DNA of 59,489 nucleotides, filler included. It is 3 parts of 3 records of this genome, joined end to end, with 100 filler letters (N's around TTAATTAATTAA, not from the genome) between each part and the next. Parts side by side here need not be neighbours in the genome. Positions count along the whole stretch, not along the records: positions 1 to 27,242 come from SRR22947725_428; 2 more parts are not named here. One strand, 5' to 3'. A program made the position numbers and the translations under genes. Of the stretch, positions 8,990 to 19,239 are shown in pieces (the stretch's first letter is position 1; each line of letters opens with the position of its first letter). The notes beneath the pieces were generated by a model. It was given only the letters and a program-made list of their open reading frames with translations, did not search any database and had not been told where the DNA came from.

Positions 8990-10343
8990 TTTTCTCCCCT
9001 TTCATTTTTTTAAGAAAATTACTTAAAAAATTTATGTCAAAATTTCCATTAATAAAGTCATTATTTGATAAAATCATTTCTAATAGTGGCAATGTTGTTT
9101 TTGGTCCTTCAATAAAAGTTTCTTGTAGAGCTCTCTGCATCTTAATAATAGCCTTTTCTCTTGAAGAAGAGTGAACAATTAACTTTCCAAGCATAGAATC
9201 ATAAAATGGCGGTATTTGGTATCCTGCATAAATATAAGAGTCAATACGTACTCCAATACCCCCTGGAAAATTAAGAGAATCAATTTTTTTGGGAGATGGT
9301 GTAAAATTATTGAAAGGATCTTCTGCATTTAAGCGACATTCAATAGAATGACCTTTGCTTGTAATCATATCCTGATTAAAAGACATTTCTTTACCGTAGT
9401 GCATCTTAATCTGTTCTTTTACAAGGTCTATCATATAAACCATTTCTGTTACAGTATGCTCAACCTGAATTCTGGTATTCATTTCAATAAAATAAAAGTT
9501 TTTATCTTCGTCTACTAAAAATTCAACTGTTCCAGCTCCAACATAATTTACTTTTTTAGCTAAATCTAAGGACTTTGAAGTAAGGACTTGCCTTAGCTCT
9601 GCATCTACAAAACTAGATGGACATTCTTCAATTAATTTTTGATTATTTCTTTGTACAGAGCACTCACGCTCTCCTAGATGCACATAATTACCAAATTTAT
9701 CACCCAATACCTGAACTTCAATATGGCGACCATTATTTATAAATTTTTCTACATATATTTCAGGATTATCAAAAGCCTTACTTGCCTCAGATTGTATAAT
9801 GCTAAACCCTTTTTCTGCTTCTTTAGCATCATGTAATACTCTCATGCCTTTTCCACCGCCGCCACCAGAAGCCTTTAACATGACTGGGTATCCGATGTTA
9901 TTAGAGACTTCCAGAAGCTCATCTACAGAACTCAATACATTGCTACCGGGAACAATCGGTACCCCTGAGTCTTCAGCTACCTTCCTTGCATTAACTTTAT
10001 CACCCATTAAATTAATAGTATTAGAATCTGGTCCAATAAAACAGAATCCATTTTCTTCACATATTGCACTGAATTGGGCATTTTCTGCTAGGAATCCATA
10101 CCCAGGATGAATTGCATCAGCATTAGAAATTTCGGCAGCTGCAATGATTCTAGGTATATTTAAATAGCTTTGCAATGGTGGGCCTTCACCAATACATATT
10201 GCTTCATCTGCAAATTTTATATGCAATGAATATTGATCTGCTTTCGAATAAACAGCTACGGTTTTAATACCCATTTCTTTACATGCACGAATCACTCTTA
10301 TGGCAATCTCGCCTCTATTTGCAATGAGTATTTTTTTGAACAT
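8955..10343 (-). CDS. accC: Acetyl-CoA carboxylase biotin carboxylase subunit
   Basis: ANRGEIA, HPGYGFLAEN, GGGGKGMR, EMNTRIQVEH, YDSMLGK. Confidence 0.95.
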   Translation of the reverse strand: MFKKILIANRGEIAIRVIRACKEMGIKTVAVYSKADQYSLHIKFADEAICIGEGPPLQSYLNIPRIIAAAEISNADAIHPGYGFLAENAQFSAICEENGFCFIGPDSNTINLMGDKVNARKVAEDSGVPIVPGSNVLSSVDELLEVSNNIGYPVMLKASGGGGGKGMRVLHDAKEAEKGFSIIQSEASKAFDNPEIYVEKFINNGRHIEVQVLGDKFGNYVHLGERECSVQRNNQKLIEECPSSFVDAELRQVLTSKSLDLAKKVNYVGAGTVEFLVDEDKNFYFIEMNTRIQVEHTVTEMVYMIDLVKEQIKMHYGKEMSFNQDMITSKGHSIECRLNAEDPFNNFTPSPKKIDSLNFPGGIGVRIDSYIYAGYQIPPFYDSMLGKLIVHSSSREKAIIKMQRALQETFIEGPKTTLPLLEMILSNNDFINGNFDINFLSNFLKKMKGEKIESSREFDVYI

Positions 10344-10346
10344 ATT

Positions 10347-10814
10347 TTATTCAGAACAATTTAAGATAAACAAAGGTTGGTCAAATTCAACTGGGCTACC
10401 ATCTTCAACAAGAATCTCTTTTACAGTTCCACTTCTTTCACATTGAATTTCATTCATAATTTTCATTGCTTCTACAATACACATGGTATCACCTTGACTA
10501 ACTGAACCATTAATTTGTATGAATGAATCAGAATCTGGATCTGGAGATGAATAAAATGTTCCAGGCATAGGCGAACGAACAGTGAAAGTATTTGCATCTA
10601 CTTTAGGAGAAATAATATCTTCTTTATCTAAAGGAGCGCTATGTTTATCTACGGTTGACGTAACTACATTTGGTGATAGATTGCTAATATCAGAATTTAT
10701 AATTGGCGGTTTTTTAGTAACTTTTATTTTTCTAAACCAAAATCTGACTTCTATTTCATTTATGTCACTATTTTCTAGTATATATATAACTTCTTTTAGT
10801 TTGTCTTTCCACAT
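10347..10814 (-). CDS. accB: Biotin carboxyl carrier protein
   Basis: [17 protein letters not shown] biotinylation motif. Confidence 0.95.
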   Translation of the reverse strand: MWKDKLKEVIYILENSDINEIEVRFWFRKIKVTKKPPIINSDISNLSPNVVTSTVDKHSAPLDKEDIISPKVDANTFTVRSPMPGTFYSSPDPDSDSFIQINGSVSQGDTMCIVEAMKIMNEIQCERSGTVKEILVEDGSPVEFDQPLFILNCSE

Positions 10815-10818
10815 AAGA

Positions 10819-11382
10819 TTATTGCTTTACTCTTTCAGAATAAGTACCAGTCTTTGTGTCAATTTTTAAAGAATCGCCCTCATTGATAAATAAAGGTACT
10901 TGAAGCTCAAGTCCTGTTTCCATTTTAGCTGGCTTTGTTGCATTTGTTGCTGTATTTCCTCTATGTCCAGGATCTGTCTGAATAACCTTTAGAATTACTT
11001 TTGCTGGAAGATTAATATTAATAATATCGTCTCCATCAAAGACAAGATCTATATTCTCTCCCTCCTTAATGTATTTATGGCCATCCTGCATCATTAACTC
11101 AGAAACTTCGACCTGATTAAAAGTTTGATTATCCATAAAAATATAGCTAGATGCATCTTTATATAAATATTGGAATTGACTGGAAGTGACCCTAATAAAC
11201 TCTAACTTTACTCCAGCATTAAAAGTTTGATCAATCACTTTACCTGACTGAATATCTTTTAATTTTGTTCTAACGAATGCTGGGCCTTTTCCTGGCTTTA
11301 CATGCTGAAACTCTACAACTTTCATTCTTGAGTTTTTAAAGTTTAATATAGATCCGTTTTTTATATCTGCCGTTGTACTCAT
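10819..11382 (-). CDS. efp: Elongation factor P
   Basis: [12 protein letters not shown] (Lys-type), [13 protein letters not shown]. Confidence 0.96.
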   Translation of the reverse strand: MSTTADIKNGSILNFKNSRMKVVEFQHVKPGKGPAFVRTKLKDIQSGKVIDQTFNAGVKLEFIRVTSSQFQYLYKDASSYIFMDNQTFNQVEVSELMMQDGHKYIKEGENIDLVFDGDDIININLPAKVILKVIQTDPGHRGNTATNATKPAKMETGLELQVPLFINEGDSLKIDTKTGTYSERVKQ

Positions 11383-11409
11383 AGTGATAACTTAATTTAT
11401 TTAATTACT

Positions 11410-12279
11410 TTATAATAGTTTTCTTACAATTTTTTTTGCTAATTCTAAATCATATTTTTTTTCAGTTTCACTGTATTCTTTATTTGCAAATTTTACTGAA
11501 TCAATTTTTTCTAATAGGCTTAATAAATCTTTATCATCAAAAAAAGTTTTTAATTCTTGTGAGGTCATTTCAAACGAAATAATATAAAATTGATTTTCCA
11601 GATATTTCTTTAGAATTACTGAAAGATTATTATAAAAAACTTCGGACGATATATCTTTAAACTTTAAGTTATTTAACTTTTTAACTGAATCTTTTTTTGG
11701 ATCTTTATTAAAAAATTTAATTGAATTTAAAGAAATATCACTATCTCTTTTTTTCCATAGATAGCATATAAACAAAAAGAGGATAATTATAATTAATATC
11801 AAAGCTAATCTGTATTTCTCATAAGGGAATCTAATCTCTTTTATAGGCTTATCACTTTGAATATTAATTATAGTACTATCAATGACAGAATCAACATTTA
11901 TATGCAAAGAGTCTGTACTAAATATTGTGATGTCAGTAGAATCTGGAAAGTTAATACTAAGAAGATATGGCGGGATAACTACTTTACCGGTATCCCAGAA
12001 TGTTATTTCAAAATTAATATTCAAAGATTCATACAAGGTATCTATTGTTGAGCTTTTGATTATGACTTTAGACGAATCAGATATCCATAACGAAGAATCA
12101 GACCATTGCATTTCTTCAATAAAATAATGCTCATCAAGATTATCAATATTAATATTCAGATTTACAGGATACCCAATTTCTGTTTTTTCAAGATCTAGCT
12201 CATAACTTAAATTGGTATCTTTTAAATTATTCGAACAGCTAAATAGTAAAAATAAACAAGATATAACAACTCTATTCAT
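11410..12279 (-). CDS. Membrane-anchored lipoprotein-like partner of the MoxR/DUF58 module (BatD-like N-terminus)
   Basis: Start moved to MNRVVISCLFLLFSC (lipobox-like); ITFWDTGKVVIPP; one TM helix then LKKYLE...EMTSQE; follows DUF58 as in moxR/bat clusters. Confidence 0.6.
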   Translation of the reverse strand: MNRVVISCLFLLFSCSNNLKDTNLSYELDLEKTEIGYPVNLNINIDNLDEHYFIEEMQWSDSSLWISDSSKVIIKSSTIDTLYESLNINFEITFWDTGKVVIPPYLLSINFPDSTDITIFSTDSLHINVDSVIDSTIINIQSDKPIKEIRFPYEKYRLALILIIIILFLFICYLWKKRDSDISLNSIKFFNKDPKKDSVKKLNNLKFKDISSEVFYNNLSVILKKYLENQFYIISFEMTSQELKTFFDDKDLLSLLEKIDSVKFANKEYSETEKKYDLELAKKIVRKLL

Positions 12280-12283
12280 AAAC

Positions 12284-13162
12284 TTAAGTACGTTTAGCTC
12301 TTCTTTTGAAAAAGCGAGTAAGTGCCTTAATATAATCTTCATTAGTTCCAATTTGTAGCAAATCAAAACCAATATTTTTACATCTTTGCGCAAAAGTATT
12401 TAATTTTTTAGAAAAGTCTTTCGAAAAATCTGATCGCACTTTTTCATTAGATGTATCAATCCATACTCGTTCATTTGATTCAGAATTATGTACTTTTATT
12501 AAACCTAAATCTGGGAATTCTTTTTCAAAAAGGTCATATATTTGTATACCTATTACATCATGATTAAAGTTTAAATATTTCATTTCAGTCCAAAAATTAT
12601 CATCTATAAAATCTGATATTACAAACATAACATTTTTTCTTCTAGAAATCTTGCTTGCAAATTCAAGAGCGTTTTTAATAGATGTTTGACTTTGCTTTTT
12701 ATCATAATCATGATTGACAAGATCAGTGATTAAGCGAAGCACATGTGATCTACCTTTTTTTGGAGGTATATATTTAACTATATCATCGCTAAAAAGAATC
12801 AAACCGACTTTATCGTTATTTTTTATAGCAGAAAATCCTAACATTGCTGCAATCTCAACTCCTAAATCAATCTTCAATTTGCTTTTAGACCCAAAAACAC
12901 CCGAACTACTAACATCAATAAGAAGTAGAACTGTTAGCTCTCTCTCTTCTTCAAAAACTTTTATATGAGGCTTTCCAGTTCTTGCTGTAACGTTCCAATC
13001 GATAAATCTGACATCATCTCCATGTTCATACTCTCTTACTTCTGAGAAAGTCATACCACGACCTTTAAAATTTGAATGATAATCTCCACCAAAAAAATCA
13101 TTTACAATATTCTTGGTTCTGATTTCTATTTGACGAACTTTTTTTAGTATTTCTTTAGACAT
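12284..13162 (-). CDS. DUF58 domain (vWA-like) protein
   Basis: FKGRGMTFSEVREYEHGDDVRFIDWNVTAR, EEERE, DVSSS, ISDF. Confidence 0.92.
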   Translation of the reverse strand: MSKEILKKVRQIEIRTKNIVNDFFGGDYHSNFKGRGMTFSEVREYEHGDDVRFIDWNVTARTGKPHIKVFEEERELTVLLLIDVSSSGVFGSKSKLKIDLGVEIAAMLGFSAIKNNDKVGLILFSDDIVKYIPPKKGRSHVLRLITDLVNHDYDKKQSQTSIKNALEFASKISRRKNVMFVISDFIDDNFWTEMKYLNFNHDVIGIQIYDLFEKEFPDLGLIKVHNSESNERVWIDTSNEKVRSDFSKDFSKKLNTFAQRCKNIGFDLLQIGTNEDYIKALTRFFKRRAKRT

Positions 13163-13171
13163 AAATTAAAA

Positions 13172-14170
13172 TTATGGAACAGGAATTTCTTTAAATAGCT
13201 GATCAATCAATTCCTCTGATGTCACTTCTTCTGCCTCTGCTTCATATGACAACAACATTCTATGCCTTAAGACATCTTTTCCTATATATCTAACATCTTC
13301 AGGAATAACATATCCTCTTCCATCTATAAATGCTTTTGCTTTAGCTGCTAATACTAAATTGATAGATGCTCGCGGAGAGGCTCCAAAACTAATCAAATCT
13401 TTCAACTGGCCTAATTTAAATTTTTCGGGGTTCCTTGTAGCAAATACTATATTTAGTATATAATCTAAAATTTTAGGTGCAATATAAATATCATTAAGAA
13501 GGGATTGAGCCTCTAAAATTGTTTTAGAGTTAACTACAGATTTCTGTGTTGTATCTATATTAGTTCTAGCTACCCTGGACAAAATTTCTTTCTCTTCTTC
13601 CATCGAAGGGTAATCAACAAGAACTTTTAACATGAAACGATCTACCTGTGCTTCTGGCAGTGGATATGTCCCTTCTTGCTCAATCGGATTTTGTGTTGCC
13701 AGCACAAGAAAAGGTAGATCTAATTTAAAAGTTTCTTCTCCAATTGTAATTTGTCTTTCTTGCATTGCTTCAAGCAAAGCACTTTGAACTTTAGAGGGCG
13801 CTCTATTAATTTCATCTGCTAATATAATATTAGAAAAAATTGGTCCCTTCTTTGTCATAAAATCACCAGTCTTTTGATTGTATATTAAAGTTCCAAGCAA
13901 GTCAGCTGGCAACATGTCAGGTGTAAATTGAATTCTTTTAAATTCTGAATTAATTAAGTTAGCTACAGTATTGATAGTTAGAGTTTTCGCTAAACCAGGA
14001 ACACCTTCTAATAAAATATGACCATTAGATATTACAGATATTAGAATTTTATCTATAAGTTCATCCTGTCCAACAATTACCCTTCCAATACCTTCTTTCA
14101 AATCTTTAACAAATACTGACTTTGTTGCAATTTTTGAATTAAGTCGATTTAGTGCATCCTTATTCATCAT
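13172..14170 (-). CDS. MoxR-family AAA+ ATPase
   Basis: GVPGLAKT, RIQFTPDMLPAD, DEINRA, ATQNPIEQEGTYPLPEAQVDRF, GASPRA. Confidence 0.95.
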   Translation of the reverse strand: MMNKDALNRLNSKIATKSVFVKDLKEGIGRVIVGQDELIDKILISVISNGHILLEGVPGLAKTLTINTVANLINSEFKRIQFTPDMLPADLLGTLIYNQKTGDFMTKKGPIFSNIILADEINRAPSKVQSALLEAMQERQITIGEETFKLDLPFLVLATQNPIEQEGTYPLPEAQVDRFMLKVLVDYPSMEEEKEILSRVARTNIDTTQKSVVNSKTILEAQSLLNDIYIAPKILDYILNIVFATRNPEKFKLGQLKDLISFGASPRASINLVLAAKAKAFIDGRGYVIPEDVRYIGKDVLRHRMLLSYEAEAEEVTSEELIDQLFKEIPVP

Positions 14171-15359
14171 TTTCCTTTTTTATAATATGCTGAGCTTCAA
14201 AAGTGCTATTTGTCAACGGCACTAAAAACCCATTACTTTTCTTTATATTCAGCTCTCCAGCTAAATCTAATACATTTTTTCCAGAGATTGAGACTCTTAA
14301 ATCTGTTATTCCATTGAGGTTACTATTATCTAGCATTGCAAAATATATATCTGTTCCATTTACTGTTAAATCTAAATATGGTTCCAATATTTCTTCAAAA
14401 TTAATAGTTCCTGAAACTTGTAAATTTGGTTCTTTCTGAAGCTTTAATCTTACTTTTGGATTAGTTACAGAGCCTAGCAAATTAACTTGTCCTATATTGT
14501 TTATAATATTTAAATCTAAGCTGAGATTTCTGATAGATTCAGGCTTCAGATTTACTGGAAATTTTATTAGATCCATTTTTGTATCTCTTACCTTTAAAAT
14601 GCCATTTAATATTTGAGTATTTTCGTCCGTTGAAAAATCTGGATCTTTTATATTTATATCAAAATAAACTGACTCATTTTTATCTTCAAGTAAGGATACG
14701 TCTTCGAATAATCTTCCTATATAATAGGCTGGAAAGTCTTTATGTGACTGTATATCTAGAGAATAACTTTGAATATCTGATCTATTATTAGATTGATTAA
14801 TGTTTAAGGATATAGAAAATTTTCCTATCTCTGAATCACCATCAAATAATATTCCATTGTCTGCATTGATACTCAATGGAAAAAAATTATTGTCTTTTAG
14901 TGTATCTCCACTAGCCATACTATCAAAATATTTGATATTTAGAACCGGCTCTTTTAGATGAACGTTAACACTGCCAATCAAAGAATATAGTATCTTCTCG
15001 GTATTAAAAAAATTATTACCCAATAGCATAATATTTGTATAGGATAAACTGGTCCGTAGAGATGCATTGTTTGCACTTATAAACCTATAATCACTTTTAT
15101 TGATTGTAATATCTTTAAATAAAAGATACACATCTATCTTGTCGGTATTTGCAATAAGATTAATCGTAGATGATGAATCAAAATCAATATTATACTGTTT
15201 TGATAAAGATGCAATAGTGGGGTTTGATTTATTAATTTCAAATTCAAGCCCTTTCCCTATATATACATATAAAGAAACACTAATAATCACAATGAACAAG
15301 AAAAAAGTTAGTGCTATGCTTAGAAATGTTTTTAGTATTTTGCTTATTAGGCTATTCAT
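14160..15359 (-). CDS. Hypothetical membrane-anchored beta-rich protein, AsmA/TamB-like
   Basis: N-terminal TM helix; amphipathic beta pattern; C-terminal PYLDLTVNG..DLRVSISG..LAGELNI resembles the start of a TamB (DUF490) domain. Confidence 0.45.
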   Translation of the reverse strand: MNSLISKILKTFLSIALTFFLFIVIISVSLYVYIGKGLEFEINKSNPTIASLSKQYNIDFDSSSTINLIANTDKIDVYLLFKDITINKSDYRFISANNASLRTSLSYTNIMLLGNNFFNTEKILYSLIGSVNVHLKEPVLNIKYFDSMASGDTLKDNNFFPLSINADNGILFDGDSEIGKFSISLNINQSNNRSDIQSYSLDIQSHKDFPAYYIGRLFEDVSLLEDKNESVYFDINIKDPDFSTDENTQILNGILKVRDTKMDLIKFPVNLKPESIRNLSLDLNIINNIGQVNLLGSVTNPKVRLKLQKEPNLQVSGTINFEEILEPYLDLTVNGTDIYFAMLDNSNLNGITDLRVSISGKNVLDLAGELNIKKSNGFLVPLTNSTFEAQHIIKKENDE

Positions 15360-15405
15360 TTGCTCAAAAACTAACCATTAATAGCCTAATAAAAAAATCT
15401 AAAAT

Positions 15406-17316
15406 CTAATCTTCAACAACTTCAAAATCAGCATCTTCGATCTTCTTTTCATCTTTCTTTGATGAATCATCCGAAGATGGAGCTTCTTGCATTGGAGGCT
15501 CTGTTCCATCAGTAGAATTTGCATACATACTAGAAGACTTAGAACTCCATACAGTATTTAAGTTTTCTATTTCTGTCTTGATATCATCGACATTACCAGA
15601 AGTATTGGCTGCTTTAAGCTTATCTAAGGCTTCATTGAGATCTTTTTTATCATCTTCGCTTAGTTTATCATCCAAATCTTTCATTTGTTTTTCTGTTTGA
15701 TAAACTAATTGTTCCCCTTGATTTTTAGTTTCAATCTCTTCTTTCTTAATCTTGTCTTCAGCTTCATGCTTTTTAGCATCGCTAACCATTTTTTCAATCT
15801 CTTGATCAGACAATCCACTTTGAGCTTCTATTCTAATACTTTGCTCTTTAGAGGTAGCTTTATCTGTAGCTTTTACATTTAAAATACCATCAGCATCCAT
15901 ATCAAATGTTACCTCAATTTGCGGTGTCCCTCGCGGTGCGGGAGGAATACCATCTAAGTGAAATCTACCAAGACTTTTATTATCGTTAGCTAATTGTCTT
16001 TCTCCTTGAACTACATGAATCTCTACCATTGGTTGATTGTCTGCTGCAGTACTAAAGATTTGAGATTTTTGAGTTGGAATAGTAGTATTCTTCTCAATTA
16101 AACCTGTTGCAACACCACCCATAGTTTCAATACCTAATGTTAATGGGGTTACATCAAGTAACAATACATCATCTACATCACCTGCTAACACACCTGCTTG
16201 GATAGCTGCGCCAAGAGCAACAACCTCATCTGGATTAACGCTCTGATTTGGTTCTTTACCAAATATTTCTTTTACTTTATCTTGAACTGCGGGAATTCTA
16301 GTTGAACCACCCACCAAGATTACTTCATTAATATCCTTAGCTGATAGCTTAGCATCTTTTAATGCTTGCTTACATGGGCCAACCACTTTTTCTACAAGGT
16401 CTGAAACTAGCTTTTCAAAGGTAGCTCTTGTTAGGGTAATATTAAGATGCTTTGGACCTGATGAGTCAGCAGTAATAAATGGCAAATTAATTTCTGTCTG
16501 CTTTGAAGACGAAAGTTCTTTTTTAGCACTTTCTGCTGCTTCTTTCAATCTTTGTAAAGCCATTGGATCTTTTCTTAGATCAATACCTTCATTCTTATTG
16601 AATTCATCAGCTAACCAGTCAACAACTTTTTGATCAAAGTCATCTCCACCGAGCCTTCCATCACCATTACTTGCATTCACCTCAATTGTTTGACCTTCAT
16701 CATTTAGAATATCCAGAATAGAAATATCAAAAGTACCTCCGCCTAAATCGAATACAGCTACTTTTTCATCTTTCTTTTTATCGAACCCATAAGCTAATGA
16801 TGCAGCAGTTGGTTCATTAATAATTCTTTTGACATTTAACCCTGCAATCTTTCCAGCATCTTTGGTTGCTTTTCTCTGAGCATCATTAAAATATGCCGGT
16901 ACAGTAATAACAGCATCCGAAACATCTGTTCCAAGATATTGTTCAGCCATTTGTTTCATTTTCTGCAATACCATAGCACTAACTTCTTGTGGCTGGTATT
17001 TTTTACTATTTGCTTCGACACTAACTTTCGCGCCATCTGTAGTAACTGTATAAGCTACCTCTTTAATATCTTTTTTGATTTCAGCAGGAGTTCTGCCCAT
17101 AAATCTTTTAATTGAATAAATAGTATTGTTTGGATTAGTTACTGCTTGACGTTTTGCAGGATCTCCTACTAAACGATCTCCCTCTTTTGTAAAACCTACA
17201 ACTGACGGTGTAGTTCTTCCTCCTTCAGGACTAGTAATAACAGTTGGCTCTCCACCCTCCATTACTGCTACACAAGAGTTTGTTGTACCTAAATCAATTC
17301 CAATTATTTTTCCCAT
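15406..17316 (-). CDS. dnaK: Chaperone DnaK (Hsp70)
   Basis: [39 protein letters not shown] upstream. Confidence 0.99.
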   Translation of the reverse strand: MGKIIGIDLGTTNSCVAVMEGGEPTVITSPEGGRTTPSVVGFTKEGDRLVGDPAKRQAVTNPNNTIYSIKRFMGRTPAEIKKDIKEVAYTVTTDGAKVSVEANSKKYQPQEVSAMVLQKMKQMAEQYLGTDVSDAVITVPAYFNDAQRKATKDAGKIAGLNVKRIINEPTAASLAYGFDKKKDEKVAVFDLGGGTFDISILDILNDEGQTIEVNASNGDGRLGGDDFDQKVVDWLADEFNKNEGIDLRKDPMALQRLKEAAESAKKELSSSKQTEINLPFITADSSGPKHLNITLTRATFEKLVSDLVEKVVGPCKQALKDAKLSAKDINEVILVGGSTRIPAVQDKVKEIFGKEPNQSVNPDEVVALGAAIQAGVLAGDVDDVLLLDVTPLTLGIETMGGVATGLIEKNTTIPTQKSQIFSTAADNQPMVEIHVVQGERQLANDNKSLGRFHLDGIPPAPRGTPQIEVTFDMDADGILNVKATDKATSKEQSIRIEAQSGLSDQEIEKMVSDAKKHEAEDKIKKEEIETKNQGEQLVYQTEKQMKDLDDKLSEDDKKDLNEALDKLKAANTSGNVDDIKTEIENLNTVWSSKSSSMYANSTDGTEPPMQEAPSSDDSSKKDEKKIEDADFEVVED

Positions 17317-17355
17317 AAAAATCTCCTAATATTTTAGTTTTAACTATTTAATAGA

Positions 17356-17372
17356 TGCAAAGAGTATGCCAA
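17356..17372 (-). promoter_or_regulatory. Putative sigma54 (-24/-12) promoter upstream of dnaK
   Basis: Minus strand TTGGCATACTCTTTGCA: GG-N10-GC, close to consensus TGGCACG-N4-TTGC. Confidence 0.65.
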
Positions 17373-17383
17373 GACAATAAATA

Positions 17384-17421
17384 TGACATATATGACAATT
17401 TATATGCCATTAAGGCATATA
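17384..17421. promoter_or_regulatory. Operator-like repeat cluster upstream of the dnaK promoter
   Basis: TGACA x2 (17384, 17393) and perfect inverted repeat TATATGCC-ATTAA-GGCATATA (17401-17421). Confidence 0.5.
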
Positions 17422-17434
17422 GAAGCTTTTTATT

Positions 17435-18094
17435 TTATAATTCTATGAGTGTTCCGTCATATAGGTTCATTTTCTTATCACCTATACTAAATACTTTTTC
17501 ATCATGTGTCGCAATAACAAAAGTTAGATTAAAATCGTTTTTTAACTTTTGAAATAAATCAATCATCTTAATGGCGTTCTTCTCATCTAAATTTCCTGTA
17601 GGCTCATCTGCTATGACAATTGATGGCTTGTTTATAATAGCTCTCATTACAGACACTCTTTGCTTTTCTCCTCCTGATAAATCAAGAGGAAAAGATTTCT
17701 TACGATCTGATAAATCAAAATATTCAAATAACTTATTTAAATAATCTGAGTCACTATTTTTACCTGCAATAAGAGTTGGAATAGTAACATTTTCAACAAT
17801 ATTAAGTTCTGCAATTAGATTGTGAAACTGAAATACAAATCCAATATGCTTATTTCTAATTGAATCATAATTGTTAATTGTTTTCAGATTATTATTGTTT
17901 ATTACTATTTCACCACTATCTGGTTGATCGAGAGTTCCTAATAAACTTAATAAGGTAGACTTACCAGATCCAGATGCACCTTTGATGGTTAATATGTTTC
18001 CTTTATCAAGATCAAAATTTACACCCTTCAACACTTGAAGAGTTTTATCTCCATCTTTAAAAGTTTTTTTAATATTTCTAGCAGATAATATCAT
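17435..18094 (-). CDS. lolD: Lipoprotein-releasing ABC transporter ATPase
   Basis: GASGSGKST, GFVFQFHNL, LSGGEKQR, ADEPTGNLD; follows two LolC/E permeases. Confidence 0.88.
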   Translation of the reverse strand: MILSARNIKKTFKDGDKTLQVLKGVNFDLDKGNILTIKGASGSGKSTLLSLLGTLDQPDSGEIVINNNNLKTINNYDSIRNKHIGFVFQFHNLIAELNIVENVTIPTLIAGKNSDSDYLNKLFEYFDLSDRKKSFPLDLSGGEKQRVSVMRAIINKPSIVIADEPTGNLDEKNAIKMIDLFQKLKNDFNLTFVIATHDEKVFSIGDKKMNLYDGTLIEL

Positions 18095-19239
18095 ATATTT
18101 TTATTTATCAATTGAATTGGGCTTATCTTTTTAATAAGCATTAAAGGTAATGTAGCAAATAATCCAATTATTACTATAGAATAAAATAATAACAAAGCAA
18201 TATCATTGAAACTAACTACCATAGGAAGTTTGCTAACTAAATAGAAGTCTGGATTTAACATAAATATACCAAATGTGTTTTGTAGAAATATGACCAATAA
18301 AGCAAATAAAATTCCACTTAAAATAGCGGTGACTGCTAAGAGATAGCCATATACTAAAAATATACCAGATATGTTATTTTTACTCATTCCAAAAGTACTT
18401 AAAATTGCCATCTCTCTTGTTTTCTTAGTTGCAATTTGCATTACAGAAGAAGATAGGTTGAATGAAGCAACGACTATAATAAGAAACAAAGTAAAAAATG
18501 TAATCTTTTTCTCAATTTCAGTAGCATCAAATAACTGCTTATTCCTTTCTTTCCATGAAACAATTTTTTTATTAGGCAAAGGTATAATATTATCTATATT
18601 TCCAATGATTTCAATATCAGTAAACTTCTTATCAGGAAAATGATAATCCTTTGATACCGTAAACACTAAAAATTCATCAGATCTTAATATTCTATTTTTG
18701 AATATATCTTTTATAACTAATTGTTGAATATATGGCATTGCTAAATAACTCATATTTAGGTTAGTACTATAAATTGATATAGAATCGCCTATACTAAAAT
18801 CCATTCTATCAGCTAAAGATTTACCAATTATAATTTCTCCATGATTTAGGTCTTGGCTATCTAAAACTAACTCTAAATCATAAAAATTTTTAAATTTTGA
18901 GCTATCTACACTCTTCACATTAACTAATGATTGCTTTTTATTTTTTGATATAAAAAATTCTTCTTCATAATACGGAGCGTATTGGATACCGTTTTTTTCA
19001 AAAATATCTATTAATTCTTTATCCCTAGCATAATCAAAAGTATTGATAGCGTAATCTCCATATATCTTCTTTGTTTCATTTTCTAGTATACCTTGAAAAC
19101 CGTTAAGAACAGCTACTGAAAGAATAATTGATGCAGCACCTATAAATAAGCCTACAAAAGATATAATATTGATCATACCTCCTTCTAACATATTTCTTGG
19201 CATTAGAAAGCGCCTTGCTATTAATAAAATTACATTCAT
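18091..19239 (-). CDS. LolC/LolE-family ABC permease
   Basis: AVLNGF after TM1, LIIVVASFN, EMAILSTFG; FtsX-like 4-TM layout. Confidence 0.85.
   Translation of the reverse strand: MNVILLIARRFLMPRNMLEGGMINIISFVGLFIGAASIILSVAVLNGFQGILENETKKIYGDYAINTFDYARDKELIDIFEKNGIQYAPYYEEEFFISKNKKQSLVNVKSVDSSKFKNFYDLELVLDSQDLNHGEIIIGKSLADRMDFSIGDSISIYSTNLNMSYLAMPYIQQLVIKDIFKNRILRSDEFLVFTVSKDYHFPDKKFTDIEIIGNIDNIIPLPNKKIVSWKERNKQLFDATEIEKKITFFTLFLIIVVASFNLSSSVMQIATKKTREMAILSTFGMSKNNISGIFLVYGYLLAVTAILSGILFALLVIFLQNTFGIFMLNPDFYLVSKLPMVVSFNDIALLLFYSIVIIGLFATLPLMLIKKISPIQLINKNI

Noticed and set aside
17317-17434. CIRCE (HrcA) element upstream of dnaK
   Set aside because: No TTAGCACTC-N9-GAGTGCTAA match is present.
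17355-17552. 65-aa plus-strand ORF over the dnaK upstream region
   Set aside because: It overlaps lolD antisense and the promoter motifs, and shows no coding signal.
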